Assembly: GCF_964204645.1 (NCBI RefSeq)
Contig: NC_134028.1
Location: forward strand, 22,688,345 to 22,752,344
DNA from: Tubulanus polymorphus
Taxonomy: Eukaryota; Animalia; Nemertea
Direction: 5' to 3'
Length of the DNA: 64,000 bases
Position 1 is the first letter of the stretch. Every line of letters begins with the position of its first letter. A program made the translations under genes and the position numbers. Below, one piece after another: positions 26,509 through 38,858 of the stretch. The notes below the pieces were generated by a model. That model saw only the letters and a program-made list of their open reading frames with translations. It had not been told where the DNA came from and made no database searches.

Positions 26509-27209
26509 ATCATACGTCACACACGCGATGTATGTATCCATACACTTAATCAACGAACTTGAATGCGTTTGAGTATGATAAAGTAATGACATCATACATT
26601 TTTAAGCTATTTTTTTTCAGACACGACTCGCGCCGATATCGTTATTTTGATTGATGATTCCTCAGTCAAATGAATGACTTATGATAATTAAAGCGAACGT
26701 GTTATTAGATTGAGCGTGCGACAACTGTACGTGAGATCAGACAATTCCGGGCGCAAACTAATTATGCCGATAATGATTCTAAAATAATCGAATTCCTTGG
26801 ACGGAAAATAGCGCAGACGCGTGGTGCCTTCTTTCCGGATATGGAGTAATTAATTTTCTTCCTCGCTGACGTATGAGATTTGTGATTAAGTCGGAATAAT
26901 GACCGACGTGCCATGCGACTGATCTGCGTTTTAGATTTGCTCGTAGTCTGCTATGATATCCGGCAGCGTGTCCACGATGGCGGATATTTATGGCGTAAAC
27001 GCTGCGATTTTTTTTCTGCCTTACTTTTTAATTGACCAAGACAGAAGACAGATACTTTTATTTTCGTACCTTTTACGCCATGTTCATGCCCTAAATTCCA
27101 TGGAGTCTCTATCTACACTTGTAAAAAGGGATAATACTGGATTCTAGTACAGAGGTCTTTGCGGCCAAGCTTTTTCGTTTTGATTACGTCATATTAGTTG
27201 GCGGACAGA

Positions 27210-27430
27210 CATGGCCACCTTCGGTTATCTGAGTTAGTCGACTATAGTCGAACCATGGACGTATAAACTAGATCTAGTTTATACGTCCATGGTCGAACTA
27301 AATGAAACCGAATGTCCATTAGTCGGAACTATATTCCGGACATAGTTCGAAAATCAAGCGCATTCGGTTTTTTTTCGGTTATTAGTTCCGACTACTAGTC
27401 GACTAGATACGAAAACCGAATTTGGCCCTG
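27210..27430 (+). mobile_element. MITE with CAKGGCC...TTCGGTT TIR and TAGTCGACTA subterminal motifs
   Basis: CATGGCCACCTTCGGTT ... AACCGAATTTGGCCCTG; inverted partial copy at ~63820-63915. Confidence 0.65.
27254..27291. mobile_element. 38-bp perfect palindromic micro-element with 7-bp TSD
   Basis: GTCGAAC|CATGGACGTATAAACTAGATCTAGTTTATACGTCCATG|GTCGAAC. Confidence 0.85.
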
Positions 27431-30137
27431 GCAGACCCTCGAAGTTTGTAAATCCCTGATTATCTGTTGTTTTCACGTATGACAGGTCTCCACTGGTTGG
27501 CAAACAAACTAAGACCTCACGCGTGCAAGACCTTTATACCAGAGAATCAATCCGTATTAGAGTTATAACTTTTTACTAATCTGCATTCGTAATTTGACTA
27601 AGTGTGACACGCATCACGCATGTATGTGTCTCTAGCTTTGTCCTATTACTATCGTTATTTCGCGATGTTTTATAAATGTCTGCCTGATTCTATAGTGTAT
27701 GTCGACATACATCACCCGCGCGGTTCTCTGGCGGAATGAAACGTTACTTGAGAATAATAGTCGGTATCGGATGGCGGAAACGGCTTTTAATACTTTACGG
27801 AAACCCGAGGGTGCATTACATTTTACGATATTCACGCCGCGTCGATCAACCAGTCTTCATTCAGTCACTCGAGATTTCATTTGCTCTATTTTTTTCTATG
27901 GACCGTCTAATCCACGCAAAATAACACCGCGCTAGCACTTTCGAGACCGGTAGTCGCTCGAAACACTTGTCAGCGTCAATTTGATCTTATGAAGGCGGGT
28001 TACTGCGGTCCATTGTTTCGCGGCTTTAGTTCATGAATTACGGCGACACCGACACACGTGAACTTCTCCTTCATTACCGACCAGGCCTTTGAGACGTAGA
28101 TGCATTATCGTACTACACGCAATGCGCAAATAAGGTTTAAACCGCTGTTACTAAAGGGGAGTCTAAACACCTCTTCTCTTTGGGGTTTAGTGATCAATCG
28201 CAGTGGTAATAGAATGATGCATGAATAAGTGATCTACGATTCATCGTATACCTTTGTTTCCATTAATTATTTTCTCGCTTTTTCTCGAATAGCTGACGAA
28301 AAACAATGTCATTTCAATAATTTGATCGAATGTCACCCGAAAAATATTCATCGTCAAAAATGCATACAAAGGATGTATTTTGTTTAAGTAGTTTTGTTGT
28401 CATTCAACAAATGCAGAAAGTAACACATATATATAAATATATATACACTGATTTTGTTATTTCCCAAAGGAGATGCATTTTGCAGTAAGACTCCAATCAT
28501 TCAGACAGCAGTCGGGAACTCACTGGGATTCAATAGTTGGAACCGCCGAAAAGGAGCGATATTGTCGTGAATTAAAGAGTGAAGCGATTCTAATCTTTTT
28601 GTCGAGTGTCTGCCGGTAAGAATAAGATGCGTAGCGAGCTTAGAATGTCTATAGAGAACGTTCTGTTGTGATACGAATTTAGAATGAGCTCCCGTCGGCA
28701 TACTTCACTCATCAAACCTCTCTCGATGAAGCCCAGCTCCACATTTCCGTTCTAATTTCTTCGTTGAATTGATTTCAATTCGAGTTTGATTTAACTCACT
28801 GTCGAAGTCAAGGTTAGACGTTTATAGTTGTAGTCTTTGTAGTGCATACGAAAGAACAACTGGCCGTGGAACTCACTGTATAAACAAGAACCATATTATG
28901 AATATTTAGCAACTAAGAAATCGGTGTCACTATGAACTAAAATGAATGAATATAACTCATGGACGAGTTAATGAATATAATAAGTCCATGGTTTCATTGA
29001 AGTTTTAGATAGATGGCGGATACCTGAACATAATTAAAATACATAACATCAAACATATTATAGTAAGTATACTTTGGAGTATATTCATCTAAAATGAATG
29101 TCTGAAGATGGATAGGAGTAATCTCTCGTGGTCAGTAAAACTGATGTCTTAGTTGTTAGTCTTCATATTGGGGGTCCTTTTTATACTGAGTTGAGTTCCA
29201 TAGTTTGCGTATATGGGGTGGGTTTTAATTTACCTACGAAGTCAGGTGGAACTCGGGGCTAATACCAAAAATTCACCGAGAAAACCTGAACTTTCCTGAA
29301 AAAGTTTCGCGATTTTTTCTGTTCCAATTTCAAACTGACAGAGCTACCGAATTTATTCTCACTTGACGTGCATTAGATGACGCGATAGTTTTAGTGGGCG
29401 ACTTTACCATACGATTCATCCATTTCAACGCGATGATTAGTGCTCCGTCGAAGCGAGCCGTCAGTTCGGTCTTAACGCGAACGGACAAAAAATGAACGAT
29501 TCATCGAACACCTATCAGACCCGTCATGTTTGGATAATTATTGATGGCTAGCCATTTCGCTGCTCGACATGTGTTTAACCGAATTGCAATGGCATTTTCA
29601 ATCCGATTATAATCAAAGCGTCGTCGGGATTTCATTTCCATATTGTCCCCGGGGATAGTCCGTAAAAAGCGCGAGTAAGCTCGCATTCTGGACAGGATGT
29701 AATAGAAACAGCCTGCTTGTACAAGTACCCTGTGTTCGTAGTTGTCTATGTTTATATCGATAATCTGCGTAGAGCGCGTGTAATGAGACCAAATTATTCA
29801 AAATTCTCTGGGATTCGACGAGACAAATCCCTATGGGTTGCAATGCAAGACTATCGAAATAAATGGAATGCAACGATTAATGAAAATCTAATCGACTGTT
29901 GAACTCCGTAATAGGAACTCGCAGACACTTTTAGTTTATATCATACGCGCATATTAGAAACGGTTTTGAATATTTTTGATCGTTTCCATCGTCATCCTTC
30001 CCGTCTTTTAATAGATTAAATATGTCGAATAAATGTGAATTCCTACTTTTTGGAAATTCCATTTATAACTATGATTTAAACTCGACAGTAATCTGTCCTG
30101 TCGCTAAATTCATTTCTAGAAACCAAGGAATCTCTAA

Positions 30138-30290
30138 CTGATGATGATAATCATCATTATCATTATTATTAGTATCATTATTTTTACTATTATTTATCAT
30201 TATTTTATGTTATTATTTATCATATCATCATTATTACTTTTATTGTTACAACTCATTGCTACTATCATTACTATTATTATTATCATCCTT
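30138..30290. repeat. Degenerate (ATT/ATC)n low-complexity tract
   Basis: Directly visible. Confidence 0.8.
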
Positions 30291-31239
30291 TAGTGTAATT
30301 ATCAGTTTATATGCATTTATTAATTTTTGATCACTGTCAAATGTCACTGTCATTTCAATAATAAATGTAATTGCTTGTTATGTCCTCTGGACCTTAGCAA
30401 GTATTTATTTTGTATACACCATTGATTTGTTTAATGAAATTAATTTGTACTTCAAAAAAAAATTCTTGCCGTCTTGTTAAATCAAAGTGTTGATGCACTC
30501 CTATTGTCTCATGCAAAACAACCTTTTGTAAATTGAAATCAGAATTCTGAGCGCTGACAGATGTCACTATACATTAATCATTTTGACGTGCAGTCCGCTA
30601 CCTACCCGATCCATCACTGTTGATTAACATACTGTTTGAATTATCGAAAGGCATCGATATAGGCACTGATATAAATCTGAGATTCGACTTCATCGAGCGG
30701 AGGCTTTCAAAGACCCATCAGTAATTGTGTCACCGTGACTGTAAGGAAACCTATTCGGTAAATCGGATCCCGTTTATACCAGTTCTGTAATGTGAGTTAA
30801 AATCTCCAAATGTCTAACTCATTAGTCGAAACCGAAAACTGTGGAACTGGTTCCAGAATTTTCAAAGTTTGCTAAAAATGATTGCAAACACTTATATGTC
30901 TACATATGCAACTCATAATATACCTTGGAGTAACCAGACTCATTCTCATCACTATTTCAAGCATATACTGTCTTGTAACGATTCAATGTATTTGGGTCTG
31001 CCTTGTCATAATTTTCAATCTTATATCTTAAAAGATTCACAGTGTATTAGATTACATGAACATAGCTTAATCTTCATATAGTATATCTATCGTTTCTATA
31101 TATCATTATAAATCCTCTCGCTTCCTTGTACGTATTACGTATAACTTCTACGTCTGCCTTTTGTATATTACTGTACCAATGATGTTTGGTAAGATTAAGG
31201 TTCAATAAAGTCATTTGAATTTGATTTTGATTCAGAAAT

Positions 31240-31320
31240 TTCGCGCACTCACTAGGGTTCAAACCCGGGTCTCGAACATACGAAGCAAGCGTACTCGTGT
31301 GGACCAACTATAGGTCCTCT
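31240..31320 (-). mobile_element. Degenerate tRNA-derived SINE head
   Basis: Minus strand reads TAGTTGGTCC (A-box-like) ... CCGGGTTTGAACCC (B-box-like). Confidence 0.4.
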
Positions 31321-31950
31321 TGGCCAGTGCATGGTTTTACAGTACAGCGTCCACAGTTAATGGCGACTCATCCGTATGTGTTGATTCGCTGCTGAGTTTG
31401 AATTCGACTAAATTTGATCAACAGCTGTCTGCAATTGAGATAGCGCTACAGAATAGAAATGAACAGCGAAGCGATAACAAACCGAGTGAAGAAACTAATA
31501 TTGTCCGGGATTGGAGCAAATTGGAATTTACCTAAGTAGGTATTAGTTCTACTCGTGTTGTCGGTATACGCTGTTTCTATCAGCAGAACTGATCAGGATG
31601 TTCTCTACAACACCGAACAAGTGAAATCAAATGTCAGACACTCAATGCATTTGCAGATAAAACAACGTCTTCCCTCGAGTGTTTTTCTTTCTTCAGATAT
31701 CTGAGTGCACTCAGGAGTAGTCGCGAAAGTGTCGTGAAGCATTAATATACTTAAAAAGAATTAAACAATATCGTCGATATTATCTGCATAGTCTAACAGG
31801 TCTACCGCGGTCTAATGGCAGTCTTATAGGTTAAAGCTCATCGCAGTTATACCACAATCCATCTAAACATGGCCGGGCATTGTCTGTTTATCGCTAAATG
31901 CCAATTCCCAACTTTACTTTTTAGAAGGTGCTAATTCAATGGCAGTTATG

Positions 31951-32115
31951 TATGGTGGCTGATTAGGGCCATACTAAAAAAATTTTCTCGCGCGAGAGAA
32001 CAAAACACTTTAGTTTTCTCGCGCGAGAAAAACGGGACAATGTGAAAATGTTTTTATCGTTGCTTTTTAGCAGTACAGATAATTTTTTTAAGTATGGCCC
32101 GAATCAGCCACCATA
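31951..32115. mobile_element. Non-autonomous IS3EU-like element (TATGG..CCATA termini, 6-bp TSD)
   Basis: GTTATG|TATGGTGGCTGATTAGGGCCATACT ... AGTATGGCCCGAATCAGCCACCATA|GTTATG; TIR ~33 bp; internal TTCTCGCGCGAGAA palindromes. Confidence 0.75.
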
Positions 32116-33345
32116 GTTATGTGTGTTTGGTTCTAGAATTTATGGTGATCAGTCGTGTACTTAAACTGTGCATACGATGAACGAACCGGGATATCAGAAC
32201 CACTTTAAGATCACCGGATAATAGAAACCTTTTTCAGCGAATCTCGTTCAGCGGTTCTTCACTCTCTCTGTAACCGATCAGCAAAAACTCTAGTTATGAC
32301 TGACAAAAATGCGGACGGTCTGGATTTTGTTTTTAACTATCGATTAGTCCATCGCCGATGATTGACAGTGAAAAATTGGCGCTGATATATGTTGACCCCC
32401 ATCCCCGTTTAATGGCGCGACGGGCGATTTCTGATAGCGCTTGACAGATCAAGATATCTCTTTCGCTTATCGCGTTATCTATCGTTAATTTCAGCAGGAG
32501 AAGAGACGTTAATCGCGTTATCATCGAACGTTCCGTCGGTATATTTTCAGACGAAGCCTAGATTTTTCGATGAACCTTTTTTGTGCGCGCTGCAGCGCGT
32601 CGACCAGAGTGGAGATCTTGCGCACATCTCCGCGCTATGTTTCATATGGAATTAAACACTATGTTCTATGGGCTTAACCTTTCCAGCGTCGACGCTCGTA
32701 AACCAAAAACCGCTTGTAATCCGTTTTGCCGTCGACCGGAGGCAAAGCGAAGGTAAAGTTCAAATGAAGAAATACCACGCACCAAAGATTGGCCTTCTCC
32801 GCGTTTGCGGATGGTGTATTTACTAAGTTTTCCCTTCAAAAATTCCGTCACATGTCTGCCTGATATTCGATACAAATGCATGTATCCGGCTGCGAATGAG
32901 GTTCATCCGGAAATTGTGAAATGAAAGTCGTTCAGTGCTTTCTCTACCAGGCGGATAAGCATCCTACGAAGACAAGAAGCCATAATCTTGGCTCTCGTGT
33001 GGAGTGATAAACAGGAAATTGTTTGGTTTCATTTTGTGAGTATATATACCCGTATTGTTGTTGAACTGGGGTTGAACTTTTGATACGTTCATTTGCGGAA
33101 GGATTCTGACCATTTCGCTATCGTAAAACAGGATCAGAGAGCAGGATCAGAATTTTGACACCCATAATCCAGATGTTATTTGCCGATACGTGCGAAAACG
33201 TCGAGAGTTTTAATCCGAGGATGACTCGATCGTGAACCCATTAAACCTCGGTTGGAGGTTGGCGAGGTTTGATATGATATCGCAATTTTCGGAGCTGCTG
33301 ACAATTAGTTTAATGCCTTGGATTGAGAAATGAACGTTAAGCAAT

Positions 33346-33642
33346 TGGATACCGGCACCACCAGATGGCGCAACTAGCCATTCGTAATGATAATCGGTTC
33401 ATTTTTCGAGGGAAATTTGAACTTGATTTCTAGGTTGCCAAATGCGCAAATTATCAAACGAGTCATCGGATAGACATTAGATTCCCTTTCTCACTCAGTG
33501 TATGGTATTGATTTCACTGAAAATTGATTACTAATGAGAAAAAAAGATTCGAATTCAATTGAAATTTAGAAGAAATGCGGTAACCCAGTGCCACTAGCGA
33601 CCCTAGCGGATCATCGCTCGGCCACTGTAGAGATACCGGTAT
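33346..33642 (+). mobile_element. MITE family A copy
   Basis: GGATACCGGCACCACCAGATGGCGC ... GATACCGGTATC|AT. Confidence 0.75.
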
Positions 33643-34779
33643 CATTGGCACCAGTGGTGTTTCTAGTTTTGTGCCAAGTTTAAACGTTCGGGCTCACGAT
33701 ATCAACCATTACGATGAAACACTCCGGATCCGTGTTGTTAGCGATAATACGGGTCAGTCCAAAATGCAATGTCATTCTTCTGCTAATCGGAATCCTTCAA
33801 TATGTAATCATAAAAGATGGGCATGAAATTTTGATAGAATGAAAATGGCACCAAAACTCTTGATAAACTCGTTTTTTGTCCAACCTGTATAGCAAAACCC
33901 ATATTGAATGAAAGAAGCTTTATTCTAACAGTTTTCATATTGTATATATCACCCCTTGTTTGTATCAATTCTACTGCTTGATTAAACTCAGTCGTCTCTC
34001 CGTTCTTGATAACGAAATACATGTACTATCTATATACGAATAGTAGCAATTTCTATTGCTAGTTGACCGTGTGCAATTAATTTCACGGCGCATTCAAGGA
34101 ATGGTACGAAACGAGCGAGTTAATTCCTATCGCAGACAGCAGTCATAATTGTGACTCGAAACAATATCTTAGGGCGGATCTTCTACGAATAACTTCAAAG
34201 TAAAACGCGCCGGATGTTATAGGTTGGCGCTGAGTAGTTGATTACGGCTTATACGTACGCGGTAAAGAAAGCGAACCTGACATTTCATCGCAATGTAGTC
34301 GGTGTATTACACTCAGTTGTTTTTAAGCGTTCTCATATTGTCGTTATAAGAGCTCGACTATTTTGATTATAAAAGTTTATTCGAAAAAGCAAGCTCTTAT
34401 AAAAAAAACAACGATGTTGAGTAAAATCACGAGCGTAATCAATTGCTGATACAACAAAACGTTATCTTACAAACTGACCTGTCTTACCGCTTATATATCT
34501 CCGTATGTAAACGCCTTTCTCAACAAATTGCTAGATGAAATGGTAGGTTTAACTTATAAGGCTATGAAAGTAAAACTTGCGTAAGTCGCATCTTTTGGGA
34601 CCGAGAAAAAACCTCCGAAAGATGCGACTTCATTTTCCGAAAACTACGGCTTCAAAATTATTGTATAATCGCTGATATGAAGCATATCTAACGGATGAAC
34701 TATAAATGGAAAACTCGGGCTGAAATAAAACAAGATTTCTGATTGGCTAATAATGACATCATCTAAGCTGCGCACTCGA

Positions 34780-34860
34780 TCTAGTATAGCAGGGTTTCGT
34801 ACCGTGGCGAGTCTCGATGTCATCAGGTTCGAATCCGCGCCGGGGAGGATGTGGATGGAC
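34780..34860 (+). mobile_element. tRNA-derived SINE head
   Basis: CAGGTTCGAATCCGCGCCGGGGAGGATG; homologous to 3160 and 59200. Confidence 0.6.
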
Positions 34861-35646
34861 ATGCTGGCAAATAGAACTGACGCGTCCTGTGGTCGAATAG
34901 CACAGGTTCATCCGGGTTCGAACCCATCTCCATTCGACCGAGTAAACCAAACACCCTATCCACCATCAAGACACGAATCAACGAGCATTACGCGATGCAT
35001 GAATGTGGTCTTCATTAATGCTAGCATTCACCAGATCACGGTTTGCGTAATTTTTTCAGAAGAAAAAAACCAGTTCAATTACGGAGTCTGTAACAATTAG
35101 TGATATGTATCACATATGAAAATAACTTTGGCATTTGCGTGCGTTCACGTTTGGTTTAAGACTGCCTCGCTGCGACACGTCGTCGACCTGGAACGAACAG
35201 GGAACAAACGAGTTTTTTCCGCCGAGACGAAACATACAAACGACACACCGACACGGCAATCTAGACCTGGCACGCGAGCGAGCGAGCGAATTACACCAGC
35301 CAGAAGAATCAATTTCTAACGAATGATGAAGAAATTAGATTGGATAGGATCGTTGCGCTCCGCCGCATGTGAAACACGACATGTACACGTTTTAAATGAT
35401 CGAGAAATGTCAATTACGTTTTCACAATCGCTTTAATTAGACCGGTTTCGGGTCGGGTGTCTCGTCGCGCACCGCGCAAATTTCCTGAGCAGAAGATCGT
35501 TTTTAAACCGCTAATTCTGTCTTCAATCTCTGTCGGGGATCAGCTAGGTTCGTTAGTGTAAATGACGTCAGACTTTTCATTTCGCCACAGTAAATCCTTT
35601 ATGAATAGGAAACTGAAATTATTTTGTCTTTATTTAGTATTAGAAT

Positions 35647-35955
35647 GGGGAACCCGCAAGACCAGCTATCCCACCAGATGGCGTGACGAGCAGTAGGTCA
35701 TCCGTTGTGAAAATTAGTTTATGTTCGATGAACTTTGAAGTGGATTTTTAGACTCCCGAATCCGTGAGTTATCACAGCACCACCAAATATACAACACTTT
35801 TATTCTTCTATTCGGATATCGGTATAGTTTTCATAAATCATTGATTCATTTAAGAAAAGCTCTTAATTGAAATGTAGAATCGAACGCCGACGACCAACTA
35901 TCTATTAGCGAACCTGGTGGGTCCTCGCCTGCCACAGTATAGGTGCAGGTACCCC
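35647..35955 (+). mobile_element. MITE family A copy
   Basis: AT|GGGGAACCCGCA ... GTGCAGGTACCCC|AT. Confidence 0.8.
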
Positions 35956-36582
35956 ATTCTAATTAGAATTCAACTTAATTTCAACACTCAAATTACAGTT
36001 GAGTCCTTTTAGGGTTAAAACATTGGACAGGAACTGGCCTTAGTCGTCTAAGTTAAACCGACATAAACTACTCCTGGAACGGGGTCCATATGGATTATCA
36101 TTTTTCAAGAATTATTGAGATATGAAGTTCGCGCGTCTCACTTTCTCCTGCGGTGCTGATTTCTTTTTCCTCTAAACCGCGCCAGCGAATAATAATCTTA
36201 CGCGGCTGCTTGTCCGATAAATTCACCGGCAACTTAAATCTCCATTATTTCATTTCCCTCGAGGCTGCTTAACGCGGTCGTTGTAAATTTTGCTTTACAA
36301 GAATTGCAGAGTTACACCTCGATGTTGGGACCGATTAGCTGCTAGATTCTAGCCATACTGACAATAGCGTCGTTATACGCTCTGTCGGTATAAGAGGATT
36401 CTTGTCTTGAAAGCAGTCGGCGATACCGAGGATGCTTTCGTGGTTACGAAAAGGAAATCGGGTATTGTGCTATATCTTTTCTTTTTTATTTAAAAAGCTT
36501 CTCAAAGCTTTTAGACGAAGGGGTAGTAAGTAGTACATCTTGTATACATAAGTAACATTTTAGAAAAAAAATCGCCAAGCGC

Positions 36583-36866
<284 letters not shown>

Positions 36867-38524
36867 GTATTCGTAAACGTATCGAGTTAAGTGAAAAACT
36901 TTCTGTACTCCGGAAAATTGTCTTTCCGCTGTTAGACTGGTATAGTAAACCGTTCCAGGCGACGCTAATCCGTATTCAACACATCGCACCCGAGCGCTCG
37001 AGGCAACGCGAAGAAACGGGTCGAATGAACGTTCACGCTTTCGAAATTCTAAAACGTCGCCGTAACTTTATTAGAACGCAGAAAAATCCATATCAAACGG
37101 AGATGATTCGTTCGCCGAAATGCGACAGCGTTTTCGAGTGAGCGCGTTCGAGTGAATAGAAGCAACGATGAAGATGACGATGCCTCTCGCACCTCGGCGA
37201 ATCGATTATCCATTACTGTCTATTGTATATCGGTTTATCTCGGTACAGGAATTTCAACTGATTATAATTCGGATGCCACACCCGTAAATTGATTAAGATA
37301 TAAATGACGTCTGAGGATTGATAACTGAGTTAAATAATCATCGAACGCGTTTACGGTTCAGCGCTCGCTGATAGCGCACTAACTAACTAAACTTCGGTTT
37401 TTCCTGAGTTTGAAAGAAAACTCTTATCGATGATTACAACTATTCGCATGCATGCGCATGCAGCGTTTGCATTTTTCCTTACGCAGAGATTTCTCTAGAG
37501 AATTCGCGTTCAACAAATATTTTAGGCTAAAACCAAATGAACACGTTTTAGTGTTTAAAAACTAGTCTGGCATGAGAAAAATCCTCCGGCAGTAACTGAC
37601 TTTCTGTCCTGTATAATTTCTGGACATGAATGCAAAGATTATCATTTCTTTCAAATTCTCTTATTCCAGCGCCCAGTTACGCGGTCCCTCTTGTTTGATT
37701 TGATGTTATACTCACGATGATATGTCCCTCGCAAACCGACCGGCCACACATACCGGAAACGAAGCTGGGGGTTTGATTTAGAAACCGGAAATCGTAGTAC
37801 AGATATAGTCGAATGGTCGGCGTAATTAAAGGAATTTTTTCTTTTAATCGAAATGCATAATTGGAGATTTCGGTCCTGCTCCGTGTAAACAGTCTTCCAT
37901 CCAGTCTGTATCGACAAGTGACATTTTTGTCGGTTGCCTAACTTCGTCTATGCTACCGGCCCCTCGGAAAAAACTAACGAATTTGAAATTTGTTTCCATG
38001 CGATGAACTGATTGGCAAGTCTAGAAAACTGGCATTCGGAGAATTTTGGTAATTCATCCAGGAAATGACTCATAGGGAAGCGATGCAGCCGATAGCGCGT
38101 GTTTCCCTCGGTTGACACCACTTTCTCACAAGACGACTCTAAGTGGACAGACTACCACAAAATCACTAACGTCGCGACCGCGTCGGCAAACAGTTGCGGT
38201 TTGTCCCACGAAATTGACGGATATCTGCAGGCCGTGGTAAGAATGACATTCGTCGTGTTGCCGAGGTGAAATAAACGAGGGTTTTCCGTTGCTGTCGCTT
38301 TTCAAGGTTCGCCAGTCCGCTGGGGTATTCTGCGTAGGGCGTATCGGAAGCGGTATCCGGCATCAATTAGCGGCAGAAGAATAGATCGGGAAATTCGTCG
38401 AGCACGACAACAGAGCGCGGATCACACGCACACGCAGGCATGGACGCTAAGATAATTTTCCAGGTGCAACCAAGATAAATAAATCGTTGATATTTATCAT
38501 CTACCAAAAACACATTCCTGAAAT

Positions 38525-38858
38525 GGGGAGCACGCAACACTAGCTAACCCACCAGATTGCGTGGCGAAAACTCGGTCCTGCGCTGTCAAATTAGTTCATT
38601 GTCAATGAACTTTTAATTGGATTTTCAGGCTCCCGAATCGACATATCATCACAAACCAAATACACAATGAATTCGTATTTCTACTTGTATATCGGTATAG
38701 TTTTCATTTATGATTGATTTATTTCAGAAAAAAAACTCATTCAGTTTTCATTGAAATGTAGAAGAATTTGAACGTCGAGTAACTACTAGCGAACCTTGTG
38801 GATCCTCGCCTGCTATAAGTGGAATCCTCGATTGCCACAGTAGCGGTGCCGGTACCCC
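38525..38858 (+). mobile_element. MITE family A copy
   Basis: AT|GGGGAGCACGCA ... GTGCCGGTACCCC. Confidence 0.8.

Noticed and set aside
28958-28990. CATGGAC...GTCCATG resembling the micro-palindrome termini
   Set aside because: Only 7-bp arms and no TSD; relationship unsupported.
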